Source: Tubulanus polymorphus
Taxonomy: Eukaryota; Animalia; Nemertea
Assembly (NCBI RefSeq): GCF_964204645.1
Contig: NW_027437480.1
Location: 1-53,062, forward strand
Direction: 5' to 3'
DNA: 53,062 bases
Part shown: piece by piece, positions 51,186-53,062 of the stretch
Layout: each line of letters starts with the position of its first letter
Position numbering within the stretch: position 1 is the first letter of the stretch
Notes under the pieces: model-generated
Database searches by the model: none
What the model was told of the DNA's origin: nothing
What the model saw: the letters and a program-made list of their open reading frames with translations, nothing else
Position numbers and translations under genes: made by a program

Positions 51186-52684
51186 CCACTGAGCCAGTGG
51201 TCCAGCAGGGTGTTAGCTGTACCACGGTTCCAGTGGATCCCGTCTCCAACAACTCTGAAGCGTCGATCATCGATGGGTGGTATCGCGGTGACGTCGTCGT
51301 GAATCTCGAGGAATTCGTTGAACTTCCGGGCGAACTGCTGGTGTTCGCGGGTCGTGTTGAGTTGAACGAAGTGGACGAACGAGTGCTGATACTTCTTGAC
51401 TGCGGCGTTGATCAGGCGCTGTGTGGTCTTCTTGGCGGTCGCTTCGAAGTTGTTGTCGCGGTTGTTGATTCCGACGCTGATGATCACCGTATCCGGGCGA
51501 TCTCGGCGCTCCGGTACAGCATCGATCAGGTCGGCGAGATGAGCTATCTTGCAGCCGGGGAAGCTCTCGATCTGGACGTCATCCGGACGGCGGCTTGATG
51601 TGATGTTACTCAGATTTGAGTCACCAATCACCAGAATGGGTCGCCGGGTTGGTGGCAGACTCCAATCCTGTTTCTTCCGACCAGTATTCGGATGACGGCG
51701 AACTTCCTGGGGCGCCATCGGTCTCGGTGTTGGCGTCGGACTTCGCGCTGGCAGTAGGCGCCCTGGTGACCTGTAATGAGACGGAGAGCTGGAAAGAGAA
51801 GAAGAGAGAGACGGCGTCGGACTGCTGGTTGGTGCGGTCGGCGTTCTCTGCGGCGGCGGCGGCGTCGGGTTTCGAGGCGGCGGCGTCGGACTTCTCGGTG
51901 GCGTCGGACTTCTTGGTGGCGGCGGCGGCGTCGGCATCGGACTTCTCGGTGGTGGCGCCATTCTGGTTGGTGGCGTCCTGGTGACATCCGCGTAGCTTCT
52001 CGGTGACCTGGAATCAGAAAAAGAAGGAGGCGCTGTGGGCGCGGCGGGCGCGGCTGCGGTTGGTGCAGGCGTCCTCGGCGTCGCGGGCTTTCGAATCTTC
52101 CGGCTCGGTCTCGGCGGCGGACGAATCTTCGGCTCCGTGGGTGCCTCCTGGTGGTGTGACCTGAAATGAGAAGGGGAAGAAGGTGGGTTAGATAGGACAT
52201 TTCTGAGTTTGTCAGACAGAGCCTGACCGCGGAATTTCGACCGCAAATCCAGCGCGATGTTGAAAAGCCGGATCGTTCCGGGGCTCAGACGGGAGCCGAA
52301 ATTCCTCCGGGCCCATGTCAGGGCGACATCCTGTGCTGATAGACAGTCCGGCAGAGGATCACCCATTAGCTCAACAAATGTGGCAGCGTAATGGATGGTC
52401 AGCTCTTTCGAAACTGTCTCCATCCAGACGTCCGCGGCAGCGTGCAGCCGCACCGTTACTGCTTCGGTGCAAGCCGCCGGCCGCAGGAACATCTTCAGAT
52501 GGTCCTTCTTCCTCCGAATCGCTTTCGGACCAGAGCTCAACTGGGCAAGGTGGTGCGCCACTTGAAGAGCTCTATAGTAATTTTTCGGCGACATCCCGGG
52601 TTGCTGGTGTCGCTCAGGGCGTCCTCCGCCCTTGCTGGTCTTCTCAGCTGGTGGTCGTTTCTTCTTTCGAGTAGATCGCTCCAT
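51176..52684 (-). CDS. PLE ORF1 with SGNH hydrolase (unit 5)
   Basis: Intact; variants KNYY, TVRLH, TAKKT, EIHDD. Confidence 0.88.
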   Translation of the reverse strand: MERSTRKKKRPPAEKTSKGGGRPERHQQPGMSPKNYYRALQVAHHLAQLSSGPKAIRRKKDHLKMFLRPAACTEAVTVRLHAAADVWMETVSKELTIHYAATFVELMGDPLPDCLSAQDVALTWARRNFGSRLSPGTIRLFNIALDLRSKFRGQALSDKLRNVLSNPPSSPSHFRSHHQEAPTEPKIRPPPRPSRKIRKPATPRTPAPTAAAPAAPTAPPSFSDSRSPRSYADVTRTPPTRMAPPPRSPMPTPPPPPRSPTPPRSPTPPPRNPTPPPPQRTPTAPTSSPTPSLSSSLSSSPSHYRSPGRLLPARSPTPTPRPMAPQEVRRHPNTGRKKQDWSLPPTRRPILVIGDSNLSNITSSRRPDDVQIESFPGCKIAHLADLIDAVPERRDRPDTVIISVGINNRDNNFEATAKKTTQRLINAAVKKYQHSFVHFVQLNTTREHQQFARKFNEFLEIHDDVTAIPPIDDRRFRVVGDGIHWNRGTANTLLDHWLSGLN

Positions 52685-52722
52685 TGACAGATATTTCGGC
52701 GAGGTTGCCTTCGTCAGTGTCA
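52685..52722 (-). ncRNA. Minimal hammerhead ribozyme (unit 5)
   Basis: Same sequence as unit 1. Confidence 0.8.
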
Positions 52723-53062
52723 GTGCAGGAATCATGCTGAACTAGGATTAGACACGGGTTTTTATACACGCAGCGCGCAACAAGTGAACAGTATTTGAGT
52801 TAGAAGTTAAGTGACCATATGAGACCTTGTGATCTAGACTAATTGTACTTCTGTGATCAAGCTAATAGACAAACTAGGGGTCTGACTAATTATGCCTTTG
52901 ATCCAGAGTGACTAGAAAACAGCACTAATTATGGCCCTTGATCTAGCTGTTGAATAGTTTGCTTTGATGTATAGTTCTAAAGATCTAAAGAACGGCGTGT
53001 CTAATATAGAATTGAAAAGTTTATTTCGATATAACCTGATAAATACTCAAAGTGTTTGCTAT

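Larger units (their letters stand above)
48599..53062 (-). mobile_element. PLE unit 5; spacer cut by window end
   Basis: Both ORFs, ribozyme and TATA present; several private SNPs. Confidence 0.95.

Overview
Eukaryotic (animal, invertebrate-type) genomic DNA that appears to run from a compact gene cluster into a chromosome end. 1-17.3 kb holds an intronless SREB-family GPCR, a disrupted peptide-receptor GPCR, multi-exon RECQL4, TP53RK/Bud32, a GDAP1-like GST and FITM2, with many micro/minisatellites. About 17.9-23.0 kb is gene-free, subtelomere-like repeat DNA ending in a 53-bp satellite that breaks off into (GGGTTA)3. From 22997 to the window end lies a head-to-tail chain of one minus-strand Penelope-like retroelement (PLE): a 228-bp 3' fragment, four complete 6342-6345-bp units and a fifth unit cut by the window edge. 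Each unit carries a TATA box, a minimal type I hammerhead ribozyme, and ORF1 (N-terminal helical domain, Pro-rich linker, SGNH hydrolase). ORF1 ends on a U_UUA_AAC slippery site plus hairpin that opens in the -1 frame into an ATG-less RT + Cys-knuckle + GIY-YIG ORF2. A hairpin and a degenerate telomere-complementary tract follow, exactly where the element joins telomeric repeats. Candidate system: an endonuclease-bearing, frameshift-expressed, ribozyme-processed PLE that extends telomeres as seamless concatemers. All analysis was by eye. Novelty, true terminal position, frameshifting, ribozyme activity and splicing are unverified.
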